From Squalus acanthias (lineage: Eukaryota): DNA of 64,000 bases. Shown here piece by piece: positions 12,757 to 25,904 of this stretch. How positions within the stretch are numbered: the stretch's first letter is position 1; each line of letters starts with the position of its first letter. The stretch covers positions 117,678,001 to 117,742,000 of the forward strand of contig CM059432.1 in assembly GCA_030390025.1 (NCBI GenBank). The letters are read 5' to 3'. The notes under the pieces are model-generated. The model saw only the letters and a list, made by a program, of their open reading frames with translations. It was not told the origin of the DNA and did no database searches. Position numbers and translations under genes: made by a program.

Positions 12757-14385
12757 GGGAATAAATTGGATAGCCCCCGAAAACGGGCGTGGGATTGCGA
12801 TGCATAATTATCCCACGCTCATTCAGTGTAATGTAAGCAGCACGCCAACTTTGTGCTGCCTGCTCATTATAATGATTTCTGTGTGCAGCCAGCACTAATC
12901 ATGCTGTTCATTGGCTGCACGCATCAGCAGGGAGCCCAGTATGGTTTCTTCCTAGCACTCCTTAAAGCTAGTCTACACTACTTAAAGCTAGCCTGCACCT
13001 CTTAAAGGGAAGGTGCATTGTGGCTGCTGGAAATGCTGATATCATTGGGAATAGTGCTGTGCAACAATTAACAATGGCTGACCATGGGAGAGAGAGTGCA
13101 CCAAGGTTTTTGGATGCTGTACTGGAGGTCTTGATGGAGAGGGTGGAAAGGAGGAGAGATTGCCTTTATCTGCAGGGGGACAAGATGCCCTCCAGACACG
13201 ATGAGAAGGCAGTGGGAACAGATAACTGCGGAGGTCAATGCCAGGTGTTTAGCTCCAAGGACCTGAATGCAGTGTCGCAAGAAATTTAATGACCTCACAC
13301 GAATGGTCAAGGTCAGTGAATGCATCTTCAAATGCCATATCACACCAACTGCACTACTAGCCTCACACACTGCTCAATTCACTACACCTCCATCACTCAC
13401 CTACCAACAATCTCTATCAATCAGGACTCATACCTAACATGCATATGCTTCACCTCACCCTCACACACTTAGCACTGTTGCAAGCCACACACCCATATCT
13501 CACACCATGCTCATACTACCAGCTATTCAACCATAACAGTCACATCACCCAAACATATTGCAAGACACTCACTGACACACTACCCTCTCTCTTGCAGGAG
13601 AAGGTGGCACACAACCAGAGGCAGCAGGAACTGACCAGAGGGGGAGAGGCGTGCCTGCAGATTCTAATCCCCATGGGGGAGATGGTGCTGGCCATCATGG
13701 GAAGGGCCATTGCTGAGGCCATGGCCACCGGTGGGGCTGAATCCATTGAAGGTGATGGTATCCTCATACCTAATCCTCCTTCTTGCATCCCACTTCCCCC
13801 TCATCCCACAATCTCTTCTGATTTATAAGTTGCGGGTGGTGTAAGCATGCACTCTTACTTTCCCCTCACACCTCAACACAGCCTTACCTTACCACAGAAC
13901 TGCAACCTGCTCAGACAGTGGATGAAGAGCAAGAAGACAATGACGATGAAGACACACATTGATTTCACACTCGTAGCCACCAGCTCAGATACTGACACTG
14001 CGTGTATCTTAGAGGGTAGCTTAAAGGTGGGATCTGCAAGTGTTCTGCAGCAAGGGCAATGGGCAAGGATAGCGCAGGTGCCAGCTCGCCGGAGTGCGAG
14101 GTCAGACAGGAGTTCTGCTGCAGAGGACTCAGATGAGGACTTCGATGGGCCAGGCCACAGAAAAAGGCTGATGGGTGTACACAACAAAATTCTTGGTGCA
14201 TTAGAAAGCCTGCACTCAGTGTCACGGAACATGGAGGAGTCCGACACCAACTTGGCACAGGGCTTTCGGCGGAGCTTGGAGCTCATTCTTTCCAGCATTG
14301 AACTGGTGACCAACTCCATAAACACACGGGCATATCTCGCATCACGGTGCCCGTGCGTTTTCGGGCCTTATCGAATTTTACCCCC
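12757..14385 (+). mobile_element. Internally deleted Harbinger element retaining only the 5' part of the Myb gene
   Basis: Imperfect terminal inverted repeats gggaataaattggatagcccccgaaacg / cgttttcgggccttatcgaattttaccccc; no transposase. Confidence 0.7.
13074..14325 (+). pseudogene. Myb/SANT-like gene remnant (exon 1 13074-13311, exon 2 13598-13757, partial exon 3)
   Basis: MADHGRESAPRFLDAVLEVL; cagtgtcgcaagaaatttaatgacctc encodes QCRKKFNDL; same intron positions as the other copies; frameshift in exon 1. Confidence 0.8.
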
Positions 14386-14574
14386 ATTATTTCAATGAGT
14401 GGGAAATCTATGGAACAGGCTCCTGAGGGAGATGATGAAAGCAGGAAGTATTGATTCATTCAAATGCAAATTTGATGGATTTCTTATAGTAAGAGGGATG
14501 TCAAAGGAAAGGTGGGGCTGATTAGGGACAACAAAAATAGATCTTCTTATGTAGGCAGAGGGTATGGCTTTCTT

Positions 14575-17325
14575 GTTTATTCATTTATGGGATGTGGGCA
14601 TTGCTGGCAATGCCAGCATTTATTGCCCATCCCTAATTGCCCTTGAGAAGGTGGTGGTGAGCCGCCTTCTTGAACCGCTGCAGTCCGTGTGGTGAAGGTA
14701 CTCCCACAGTGCTGTTAGGTAGGAAGTTCCAGGATTTTGACCCAGCGACGATGAAGGATCGGCGATATACTTCTAAGTCAGGATGGTGTGTGAGTTGGAG
14801 GGGAACTTGGAGGTGGTGGTGTTCCCATGCGCCTGCTGCCCTTGTCCTTCTAGGTGGAAGAGATCGCGGGTTTGGGAGGTGCTGCCGAAGAAGCCTTGGC
14901 GAGTTGCTGCAGTGTATCTTGTAGATGGTATACACTGCAGCCACGGTACACCGGTGGTGGAGGGAGTGAATATTTAAGGTGGTGGAGGGGGTGCCAATCA
15001 AGCGGGCTGCTTTGTCCTGGATGGTGTCCAGCTTCTTGAGTGTTGTTGGAGCTGCACTCATCCAGGCAAGTGGAGAGTATTCCATCACACTCCTTACTTG
15101 TGCCTTGTAGATGGTGGAAAGGCTTTGGGGAGCCAGGAGGTGAGACACTCGCCGCAAAATACCTAGCCTCTGACCTGCTCTTGTTGCCACAGTATTTATG
15201 TGGCTGGTCCAGTTAAGTTTCTGGTTAATGGTGACCCCCAGGCTGTTGATCTTAGGGGATTCGGCAGTGGTAATACCATTGAATGTCAAGGGGCGGTGGT
15301 TAGATTCTCGCTTGTTGGAGATAGTCATTGCCTGGCACTTCTGTGGCGTGAGTGTTACCTGCCATTTATCAGCCCAAGCCTGAACGTCGTCCTGGTCTTG
15401 TTGCATGCGGGCATGGACTGCTTCGTTATCTGAGGAGTTGTGAATGGCACTGAACACTGTGCAGTCATCAGCGAACATCACCTTTTCTGACCTTATGATG
15501 GAGAGAAGGTCATTGATGAAGCAGCTGAAAATGGTTGGGCCGAGGACACTGCCCTGAGGAACTCCTGTGGCAATGTCCTGGGGCTGTGATGATTGACCTT
15601 AAACCACCACAACCATCTTCCTTTGTGCTAGGTATGACTCCAGCCAGTGGAGCGTTTTCCCCCCGATTCCCATTGACTTCAGTTTTACTTGGGCTCCTTG
15701 ATATCACACTCGGTCAATTGCTGCCTTGATGTCAAGGGCAGTGACTCTCACCTCACCTCTGGAATTCAGCTCCTTTGTCCATGTTTGGACCAAGGCTGTA
15801 ATGAGGGCGGGAGGCGAGTGGTCCTGGTGGATGCTAAACTGGGCATTGGTGAGCAGGTTATTGGTAACTGCCGCTTGATAGCACTGTCGATGACACCTTC
15901 CATCACTTTGCTGATGATTGAGAGTAGACTGCTGGGGTGGTAATTGGCCGGGTTGGATTTGTCCTGCTTTTTGTGGACAGAACATACCTGGACAGTTTTC
16001 CACATTGTCGAATAGATGCCAGTGTTGTAGCTGTACTGGAACAGCTTGGCTAGAGGCATGGCTACTTCTGGAGCACAAGTCTTCAGCACGATAGCCGGAA
16101 TGTTGTCGGGGCCCATAGCCTTTGCTGTATCCAGTGCGCTCAGCAGTTTCTTGATATCACATGGAGTGAATCGAATTGGCTGAAGACTGGCTTCTGTGAT
16201 GGTGGGGACATCAGGAGTAGGCAGATATGGATCATCCACTCGGCACTTCTGTCTGAAGATGGTTGAAAACGCTTCAGCCTTGTCTTTTGCACTCACGTGC
16301 TGGGCTCCTCCATTATTGAGAATGGGGATATTCATGGAGCCTCCTTCTCCCGTTAGTTGTTTAATGGTCCACTACCATTCACGACTGGGTGTGGCAGGAC
16401 TGCAGAGCTTTGATCTGATACGTTGATTGTGGGATCGCTTAGCCCTGTCTATAGCATGCTGCTTCCGCTTTTAAGCATGCATGTAGTCCTGTGTTGCAGC
16501 TTCCCAGGTTGGCACCTCATTTTTAGGTACACCTGGTGCTGCTCCTGGCATGCTCTTCTACACTCCTTATTGAACCAGGGTTGGTCCCCTGGCTTGATGG
16601 TAATGGTAGAGTGAGGGATATGCCGGGCCATGAGGTTACAGATTGTGGTGGAATACAATTCTGCTGCTGCTGATGGCCCACAGTGCCTCATGGATGCCCA
16701 GTTTTGAGCTGCTAGATCTGTTCTGAATCTATCCCATTTAGCACGGTGGTAGTGCCACACAACACGATGGAGGGTGTCCTCAGTGTGAAGATGGGTCTTC
16801 GTCTCCACAATGACTGTGCGGTGGTCACTGCTACCAATACTGTCATGGACAGATGCATCTGCAACAGGGAGATTGGTGAGGATGAGGTCAAGTAGGTTTT
16901 TCCCTTGTGTTGGTTCTCTCACCACCTGTCGCAGGCCCAGACTGGCAGTTATATCCTTCAGGACTTGACCAGCTAGGTCAGTAGTGGTGCTACCGACCCA
17001 CTCTTGGTGATCGACATTGAAGTCCCCCACCCAGAGTACATTCTGTGCCCTTGCTACTCTCAGTGCTTCTTCCAAGTGGTGTTCAACATGGATGAATACT
17101 GATTCATCAGCTGAGGGAGGGCGGTAGGTGGCAATCAGCATGAGGTTTCCTTGCCCATGCTTGACCTGAAGCCATGAGACTTCATGGGGTCCGGAGTCAA
17201 TGATGAGGACTCCCAGGGCCACTCCTTCCCGACTGTATACAACTGTGCTGCCACTCCTGGTGGGTCTGTCCTGCCGGTGGGACAGGACATACCCAGGGAT
17301 GGTGATGGAGGTGTTTGGGACATTG
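14575..17325 (-). mobile_element. CR1/L2-group LINE of a second family, 5'-truncated, degenerate APE + RT ORF
   Basis: APE motifs YRPPS, VGDFN, LDLILTN and SDH; RT motifs ALDIKAA.DRV and FADDCT; C-terminus FKKAAHHHLLKGN then a 3'UTR with aataaa. Confidence 0.9.
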
Positions 17326-17557
17326 GCTGAGTTACTAAATACTTCACATTAGTCTTCACTGGAAAAGAAGATGCTGCCAATGTAGCAGTAAAGGAGGAGG
17401 CAGTAGTGATGTTGGATAGGTTAAAAATAGATAAAGAGGAGGTACATAAATGTTTGGCTGTCCTCAAAGTAGAAACATCACCTGGTCCAGATGGGATGCA
17501 TCCCAGGTTACTGAGGGAAGTATGGGTAGAAATTGCAGAGGCTCTGGCCACAATCTT

Positions 17558-18310
17558 AAATGGTGATAGATTGGAAAATGTTGATGTACAAAGGGACCTG
17601 GGTGTCCTTGTACACCAGTCACTGAAAGCAAACATGCAGGTGCAGCAAGCAGTTAGGAAGGCAAATGGTATGTTGGCCTTCATTGCAAGAGGATTTGAGT
17701 GCAGGAGCAACTGTCTTACTACAGTTGTACAGGGCCTTGGTGAGACCACACCTGGAGTACTGCGTGCAGTTTTGGTCTCCTTACCCAAGAAAGGATATAC
17801 TTGCCATAGAGGGAGTGCAGTGAAGGTTCACCAGACTGATTCCTGGGATGGCAGGACTGTCATATGAGGAGAGATTGGGTCGACTAGGCCTGTATTCACT
17901 AGAGTTTAGAAGAATGAGAGGGGATCTCATTGAAACGTATAAAATTCTGACAGGGCTAGACAGACTGGATGCAGGGAGGATGTTTCCCCTGGCTGGGGGG
18001 TCTAGAACGAGGGGTTACAGTCTCAGGATATGGGGTAGGATATTTAGGACTGAGATAAGGAGAAATTTCTTCACTCAGAGGGTGGTGAACCTGTGGAATT
18101 CTCTACCACAGAAGGCTGTGGAGGCCAAGTCACTTAATATATTTAAGAAGGAGATAGATAGATTTCTAGACACAAAAGACATCAAGGGGTATGGGGAGAG
18201 AGCGGGAATATGGTATTGAGATAGAGGATCAGCCATGATCTTATTGAATGGCAGAGCAGGCTCGAAGGGCCGAATGGCCTACCCCTGCTCCTATTTTTCT
18301 ATGTTTCTAT
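17558..18310 (+). mobile_element. Young CR1 3' end
   Basis: ORF 17848..18219 and a TTTCTATG tail; nearly identical to the copies at 26639, 53891 and 61082. Confidence 0.9.
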
Positions 18311-18447
18311 CTTCCAATGTGCCTTAGATATGGGGCCTGTAGGATTGCAAATGTTACACCCCTGTTCACAACAGTGGAGAGGGATAAACCTGGCAATGAC
18401 AGGCCAATCAGAATAATGTCGGTGGTGGGGAAACTTTTAGAGACAAT

Positions 18448-19359
18448 GCTGGAATTTTAACCTGGAGGCAGGTCAGGAACTGGGGTGATGGCTAGCAAGC
18501 AAGAAACCCAGGAGAACGGGTTTCCCACATGCCCTGCCGAATTTATTGTCAGGGCCTGATTAGCATTTCAAAGCTATTTTTCCCTCCCATCTGGCTGGCT
18601 GTGGGTGGGTAGGCCTGCAGCACTAGGCCGCAAAAAGGAGGGAGCGAGGGATCGGGTGGTGGGTGGTTGGGGGTTGGAGCAGGATTGGGGCTAGAGGAGC
18701 ATCGGGGGCAGGTGGGGGGAAGGATAGGGCCAGAGGATTGGGGTCGGACGAGCATCGGAGGGGGAGGTGGGGGAATGATCGGGGCCGGGTGAGCATCAGG
18801 GGTGGGGGAGGATCGCAGCCAGAGTATCGGGGCGGGAGGAGTAGTGGGGGGTGGGGTGGGGTCAGGGCCGGAGGTGCATCAGGGGTGGGGCAGCTGAGAA
18901 GGCAATCGGAGGCCGGGGGGAGAGGGTGGCGGCGAGGGGAAAATTGGAGGCCTTGATTGCTGCGGGAGGGGGGGGCAGATTGGAGGTCTCGGGAGGCGTG
19001 ACCAATCTCGGGGGTGGGTGAGGCAGGAACGCTGGATCCAACAGGTAAGTGTAAAGGCACCGACCTCCTGGATCCAGCAGTCCTCGTCTTCCTTGAGCTG
19101 GAGGATTCCCCGAGGCCTGTTAAACCTGACCAGCCAGAGTTAAATTTGAAATGGTGGTTCACAATGAGCAACGCCAGCCTCATTATAATATTTCAATGAT
19201 GACCCGCCTCCTGGGAGTGGGTTGACTACCCGCCCCCGTCTCTGTTAAAACCGGAAGTCGGCTTGTTGGAGGCGGGTTGTGCGCGGAATTCAACTTTTTA
19301 ACACTTTAACCTCCCACCCGACCCCCACCCACTCATTTTTTGGGGTTAAAATTTCCACC
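18448..19359. mobile_element. Harbinger-type MITE with G-rich centre (family B)
   Basis: TIRs gctggaattttaacc / ggttaaaatttccacc; AAT TSD; interrupts a CR1; related to 37386-38283. Confidence 0.85.
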
Positions 19360-20082
19360 AATATTTCGGGACAAAATTAATTGGGATCTTGGAAAAGTAT
19401 GGGCTAATAAATTAAAGTCAGCATGGATTTGTTAAAGGACAATTGTTTTTGACTAACGTGATTGAGTTCTTTGATGAAGTAATGGAAAGGAACAATGTGG
19501 TTAAGGTTGTGTATTTGGATTTTCAAAAGGCATTTGATAAAGTACCAAATAATAGACTTGTTCGCAAAAGTAAAGCCCATGAGATTAAAGGGTCAGTGGC
19601 AGCATGGATACAAAATTGGCTAAGGGACACAAAGCAGAGAGTAGTGGTGAAATGCTGCTTTTCAGACCGGAGGGAAGTATACAGTGGTGTTCCCCAGGGG
19701 TTGGTTTTAGGACCACTGCACTTTTTGATATATATTAATGACCTGGACTTGGGTATACAGGATATAATTTCAAAGTTTGCAGACAGTACGAAACTCAGAA
19801 ATGTAGTAAACAGTGAGGAGGATAGTAACATACATCAGGAGGACATAGACAGACTGGTGAAATGGACAGACACATGCATTGGAATTTAACACAGTGATGT
19901 GTGATGTGATACATTTTGGTAGGAAGAATGAGGAGAGGTGATATAAATTAAATGGTATAATTTTAAAGGGGGTGCAGGAGCAGAGAGACCTGGAGGTGCA
20001 TTTACACAAATCTTTGAAGGTGGCAGGACAATTTGAGAAGGCTATTAAAAAAGCATACGGGATCCTTGGCTTTATAAATAGA

Positions 20083-20622
20083 ATTGAGAGGTCGCACAAC
20101 ACCAGGTTATAGTCCAACAGTTTTATTTGAAATCACAAGCTTTCGGAGCTATCGATTGCTCCTTCCTCAGGTGAAGTAAATTAGATACAGAATCGCCAAA
20201 GCATATATAGATAGAAAACAAAGCATGTGTACCTTACAATTGCAGACCACTAAATTAAATCATCCTGACTATCTGCCGAGGTGTGATAAAGTTAATTAAG
20301 TCAGCCAGGAAGGTACCACATCAAAGACATAGCAAGATACAACTGAGACAATGAGGTGTAGTCGCAGGGGTTCTAACGTGTCAAAAGCTGCCGTCTGTAT
20401 GTAAAACGAAAAGCTTTAAAATTTTTACTTTTTTACTGGGAAAATTTTTACTTTTTTACTGGGGAATCACATCTGTGAACAAGCTAATGACGACTCGAGT
20501 CCGGATCACGTCATGTATCGTGACATAAACCCAAGATCCCGATTGAGACCGTCTTCATGAGTGCGGAACTTGGCTATCAGTTTCTGCTCGATGATTTTGC
20601 GTTGTCGTGTGTAAGTCTATTA
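20083..20622 (-). mobile_element. Penelope-like element 3' fragment (GIY-YIG endonuclease C-terminus plus pseudo-LTR)
   Basis: Minus strand about 20612-20506 encodes TRQRKIIEQKLIAKFRTHEDGLNRDLGFMSRYMT*. 11-bp TSD ttataaataga at 20072-20082 and 20623-20633. Confidence 0.85.
20131..20177 (-). ncRNA. Minimal type I hammerhead ribozyme motif
   Basis: tcac-CTGAGGA-a-ggagc(aatcgata)gctcc-GAAA-gc-TT-gtga: stem I, intact core boxes, stem II and a palindromic AAGCTT stem III. Confidence 0.75.
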
Positions 20623-22351
20623 TTATAAATAGAGGCATAGAATAAAGAAAGAAAGGAAGTTATACTAAACCTTAATAAAACACTGGTTAGGCCTCAGCTG
20701 GAGTATTGTGCTCAATTCTGGGCACCACACTTTAAGAAGGGTGTCAAGACCTTGGAGAGGGTGCAGAAGAGATTTACTAGAATGGTACCAGGGATGAGGG
20801 ACTTCCGTTATGTGGAGAGACTGGAGAAACTGAAGTTGTTTTTCTGAGAGCAGAGAAGGTTAAGTGGAGATTTGATAGAGGTGTTCAAAATCATGAACGG
20901 CTTTGGAAGAGTAAATAAGGAGAAATTGTTTCCAGTGGCATAAGAGTCAGTAACCAGAGGACACAGATTTAAGGTGATTGGCAAAAGGACCAGAGGCGAC
21001 ATGAGGAAATATTTTTTTACACAGCGAGTTGTTATGATCTGGAATGCACTGCCTGAAAGAATGGTGGAGGCAGATTCAATAGTAACTTTCAAAAGGGAAT
21101 TGGATAAATACTTGAAGAAAAAAAAATACAGGGCTATGGAGAAAGAGCGGGGGAGTGGGATGAATTGTATAGCTTTACCAAAGACCTGGCGCAGGCACGA
21201 TGGGCCGAATGGCCTCCTTCCGTGCTGTATACTATGATACTGTGAAATATGGTAAGTGTGGTATGTTTGAGAGACACAGGTGACTTTGAACCTATGGTTC
21301 CCCAAGCTTTTCACCGCTGTTGGATTTTCTTCAGCCCATGTCTGAGTTCTGCTATGAACTAATTGGCATAGATTGATTGCTATGATTAGTCATCAAGTCC
21401 ACTGTTGTTGTAGCATGTGACTACCAGGATGGTAGAAAGTAAACTAGATGGTTGTGGTCTTTTTCCATCTAGCTATTACAATGTTCCTATGACTGTGCAT
21501 GTGTTCAGACAGTAACCTGGTGATGGCAATATGCCATCGACATCGTTGTCTCTCACGGTAAGAGCCTACCCACAAGCTTCATGGCCTTCTCCTCAGAGGG
21601 TATGAGCTGTTTTAAGGTGGGGATCCCCATTCATGGGCATTGTACACCAACTTATCTTGCAAGAAGATAGAATAAATGAGGGGTAGGCTAGCAGTTGAGG
21701 TGTATGTGACAAATGGCATGAGAGAGCTGAAGTAAGAAATATGGGGATATCAGTCTGTTGAAGTAGAGGAATTTTTTTTGGTTATTAAGTAATTGCTGCT
21801 AGGATTTGGGTCGCCATAATGCAAGATTTTTGGCTCGATCCCTCCTTAACCATGGTGCACTGTGAAGGGTTAGTTGTACAAGTGTTCCATTAAGAGGGCG
21901 ATGAGCCTGCTGGTGTTTAGAGCAGAAAGAAAAGGGTGTTCAGTATGTTACCTTGCCTGCCCAGATGAGGTCATTGAAATTCTGGCGACGCTGGTCAGCT
22001 GGCCTGAGGGTGAGAGAGTTGGCACTCATTGTCAGTGCTACCTCTCTCCAGATGGCACAAGTGAGATTCCTGGCAGGTTTGCTGGCTCAGGCATCCAGCA
22101 GTCGCTGTTTCCTTAGCTCTGTTTTCTCTAGGAGAGCTTAGAGGTCCGAGTGTGTAAAACTCTGGGAACAATTATCTGAGTATTGTCTAAGCCTTGGGGC
22201 CTAACTAAGGCTCAGAATCAGATTCACACCTACTTTTTGAGGGAATACGTTCTGATGGTCCTATCGGAGTGAGCTTGATCGAATTCTCAGGATGATTAGG
22301 AAACACCCCAGCCATACCCTTGAAGTTAGCCTTAAATGGGGTCGGCTGAAA

Positions 22352-22660
22352 AACATAAGAAAATAAGAACATAAGAAATAGGAGCAGGAGCAGGCCATTG
22401 AGCCCCTCGAGCCTGCTCCGCCATTCAATAAGATCATGGCTGATCTGATCTTGGCCTCAACTCCACTTATCTGCCTGTTCCCCATAACCCTTGACTCCCC
22501 TGTAGCCCAAATATCTGTCTATCTCAGCCTGGAATATATTCAATGACTCAGCCTCCAAGGCTCTATGGGGTAGAGAATTCCAAAGATTCACGACCCTCTG
22601 AGAGAAGAAATTCCTCCTCATCTCCATCTTAAATGGGCAACCCCTTATTCTGAAACTATG
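22352..22660 (-). mobile_element. CR1 3' end
   Basis: cataagaacataagaaataggagcagg tail with adjacent CR1 3' sequence. Confidence 0.85.
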
Positions 22661-23339
22661 AAACTAAGAAGCACCTCCTCATCCTGGTGTGAGATTTCTG
22701 AAGTATCTTAGGTGAGGTAGAAACTCCATGGATCTGGGCTGCGCACCATATTGCGGCTCCACCCAGCCCCCCTCAGCTGAGACTATGCCAGATTTGCAAT
22801 CCTCCAACCCGCTGACTGGAATGCCCAGGCCAGTGTGTCTAATCCTTTAGTTCACAAAGTACGCGCTGATTCAATGCGCCAGGGTTTTATTTGTAACTTG
22901 TCTGCATTCTCAGACATGAACCCAAATTGTTGTAACGCAGCTTCTATTTCTCTTCAACTAAATGATCTTGCAAGATTACTCAATCATCTATAGTAAACAA
23001 CCAAATCCAAATTCTCAACAGCTTTCATGTCCTCAAAAGTATAGAACGTACTGGAGAGGGGCTGGGGAGGGGGGTATGTAAATAAATGAATATCTGGGCG
23101 ACACAAAAGAAAGGGGGGGGGTGAAGTTCTGATTTAATTGACAACTTTGGGGCCTTTAGTGGGGTGTGCACAATGCAGTGGCACAAGCCTCTAGTCCGAA
23201 TTGGTTGGAAAATACTGGGCATCATGTTCTCAGTGCACTTTCAGCACTTTGATTCAGCCCTGGATTAACCATCCTGCACAGTGTAAGCGCAGACACTGCT
23301 AGCGCATCAGAGTGAAAAGTCACCAACTTTTATGTTTTT

Positions 23340-23767
23340 TTTATTCCATCTTGGGATGTGGGCTTCGCTGGCAAGGCCTGCATTTATTGCTCATCCCTAG
23401 TTGCCCTGAGAGGTTGGTGGTGGGACTTCTTCTTGAACCACTGGTAGTAGTTTGATACAACTGGCTGGCCTTCTAGGCCACTTCAGAGGGAGGTTATGAG
23501 TCAGCCATGTTGGTGTAGGACTGGAGTCACATTTAGGCCAGACTGGGTAGGGACGGCAGCTTCCCTTCCCTAAAGGACATTGGTGAACCAGTTTGATTTT
23601 TACAACAGCTTCATGGTCACTTTTACTGGTACCAATTTTTTTTTTCCCCCAGATTTGTTTTTTAAACAGAATTCAACTTTCCAAAGGCTATGGTGGGATT
23701 TGAATTTACATTTTCTGGATTATTAATCCAGGCCTTTGGACTATTTGTCCAGTAACATAACCACTAC
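23340..23767 (-). mobile_element. SINE with tRNA-like head and a 3' tail shared with the 14575-17325 LINE family
   Basis: Minus-strand head gtagtggttatgttactggac...aattcaaatccc; 23350-23440 matches the LINE 3' end at 14588-14677. Confidence 0.7.
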
Positions 23768-23770
23768 AAT

Positions 23771-24662
23771 GGGGGAAAAATTCAGTTGGTTGCGCCTCCC
23801 ATTAGCGCCTTAAGAGGGCGCTAATGGGGCGCAAAGCAACTAGTGCCTGAGTGCAGCGCTGTTTGCGCCGCTTGGGAAATTAACTAGACATTTTGCGGCG
23901 GCACTAAACACTACCGCCACGATCTCCTGCGCCGGCAGATCATGACATCAGTCGAGTGCGCAACGCCCCGGTAGCGCCCTGGAGCATATATTGAGTGGCG
24001 CCCCCTGCCTCACCGCCTGCCGCTAGCAATGACAGGTTGAGGGGAGCGTTTTGCAGTCAGGAAGGGACTGGGGGAACGCTAATTAAAGGCGACCGCTTCC
24101 TGCCTTTTATTGTTGGTGAAATTTTTGAACCACGCATTCTGAGAGAGTGAGAGAGACACTTCTGGAGAGATTCAATGCTGTGTGAAGGAGTTTTGGGTAC
24201 TGAGCAGCACTTTGCAGGTTCAGTTTGATTTGCCCTTCCTTGTATCGATTTAGAAGAGACTGTGGGGGCTGCACTCTGAGCTCTTTCCCTGGTTCTCTCC
24301 ATTGATCTTTCCAGCAGATTTGATGTACAGGTCTCTCCAGGCCGAGATTCAAGGCTGCAATGAGCAGGATGTGGATGGAAAGCAAGATCAGCCCTCCCCT
24401 TTAAGAACTGGCAGGGGCCATTGTGTCTGTGTTCCATTGCTGACTGACATCACATGAGCTTTGCCAGCGCTCTGAGTTAGCGCCTCGCTCCTCGGCCTTT
24501 GCGCCTTAAGACAGATGTGTAGCGCCTGATTTAGCGCTCCAGTCACCTCCAGGGGCGATAAAAGTCAAGTTTGCAGTCAGAGGCGATAATTAGCGCCAGG
24601 CGCTAATCTTTGCGCCCGCCGATAATTGCGCCCCAAATGAGGCGATACTGAATTTTTCCCCC
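23771..24662. mobile_element. Harbinger MITE (family C, related to the ends of element 1)
   Basis: Perfect 16-bp TIR gggggaaaaattcagt / actgaatttttccccc; AAT TSD. Confidence 0.93.
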
Positions 24663-24894
24663 AATATGTTTTACATATATTGTATAGAATTTTAATGCAT
24701 AATAGAAAATAATAATGTAACTACCACTCTCTTGGGCATCTATGCCACTCTCAGCCTGGGAACCCTACCATCCATGGCCCAGGAATGTCTGCGCTGGCAA
24801 CCTTACCAAATGGAAAAGCTAACCTCACCCCCAGAATTTTTCTACTCCTGGCCTTGAATCCAGGTACATTTATGCTCCCAAACTTAGCACTGGA

Positions 24895-25250
24895 TGTCAG
24901 CTTGGCTTAGTAGGTAGCCTTCCTCCCTGTGAGTCAGGAAGTTGTGGGTTAAGCCGCTGCAGCAATTGCTCATATAATCTGGCATAACGTGTAGTACTAA
25001 GGCAGTTCAGCATCATTGGAGGTGAAGAAGAAGAGCAAGGTTTCATGGCCAACATTCTTCGATTAACCTACACCATAAAAAAAGATGAAACTATCATTCA
25101 TCTTATTAGTTTTTATGGGACATAACTGTGTGAAAAATGGCTGCCATGTTCACCCAAATACCAACAGTGATTGCTCTTTAAACTAATTCATTGTCTGTAA
25201 AGCATTTTGGGATTCCTGAGAGACTTAATGAGGCATTATATAAGTGCAGT
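24895..25250 (+). mobile_element. Degenerate Deu-type SINE
   Basis: tggcttagtaggtagc...gagtcaggaagttgtgggtt head and aggcattatataagtgcag tail. Confidence 0.65.
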
Positions 25251-25904
25251 TCTCTCTTTTTAGCAATTGTATTCCGGCCTCAGCTCCAAGAATCCCTCCA
25301 CTCGCCTTAAGCTTCAGACTATGCTCCTCCTTCCAGATAAAAGGAATCCATCCTTGTTCCACTTACGTGTCAAATTGGGTCTCATGTCCCCACTCCATCC
25401 TCACTCTGCCTAACTGCTCTCCAATCTAGCCTCATGTTGCATTCTTCTGCCCTCACTTCTCCACACCACAAACGATCTACTAGTAGATTTTTTAAACACT
25501 GTTGGAAGAAAAGTGCTACTGTTTGAAACACCATTGACTTTACGCATGCCACAAAATCATTGCGAATCATTGATCATGTGATAATGCACCATCTAGCATT
25601 GTAACCGCCACAATCTCTAGCTCTGAGACGGAATCAGATCTATCATGCACAATCCACACCTTAAGATCATCTGTTCTAACATCTCATTGATCAGGGAATA
25701 TTTTTCACGATGTCAATAGCTTCCTTCGAGCCTTAAGGAATTGGTAAGAATGATATTTCCTGTAGCTCACAGAGTCGATGTCAGTTAGTCTTCAATCATA
25801 TTAAGTGACAGTAAGAGCATGTATTTTCTTTGAATTTTAAAATTCTATATCCTGCATTAATATTACCATTGTCTCTTTGTGCCGTTTAAATACATTTTTT
25901 AAAA

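Larger units (their letters stand above)
17326..21245 (+). mobile_element. Older CR1 ORF2 fragment carrying three nested insertions (CR1 17558-18310, MITE 18448-19359, Penelope 20083-20622)
   Basis: SPGPDGMHPRLLRE, YLDFQKAFDKVP, GVPQG.VLGP, KFAD and RKYFFTQRVVMIWNALP occur in collinear order. Confidence 0.85.

Noticed and set aside
20418..20464. Short tandem duplications (also 10005-10072 and 45091-45134)
   Set aside because: Ordinary local slippage duplications within repeats.
25695..25750. Possible 49-nt + strand exon (NIFHDVNSFLRALRN)
   Set aside because: Poor polypyrimidine tract, no recognisable protein and no partner exons.
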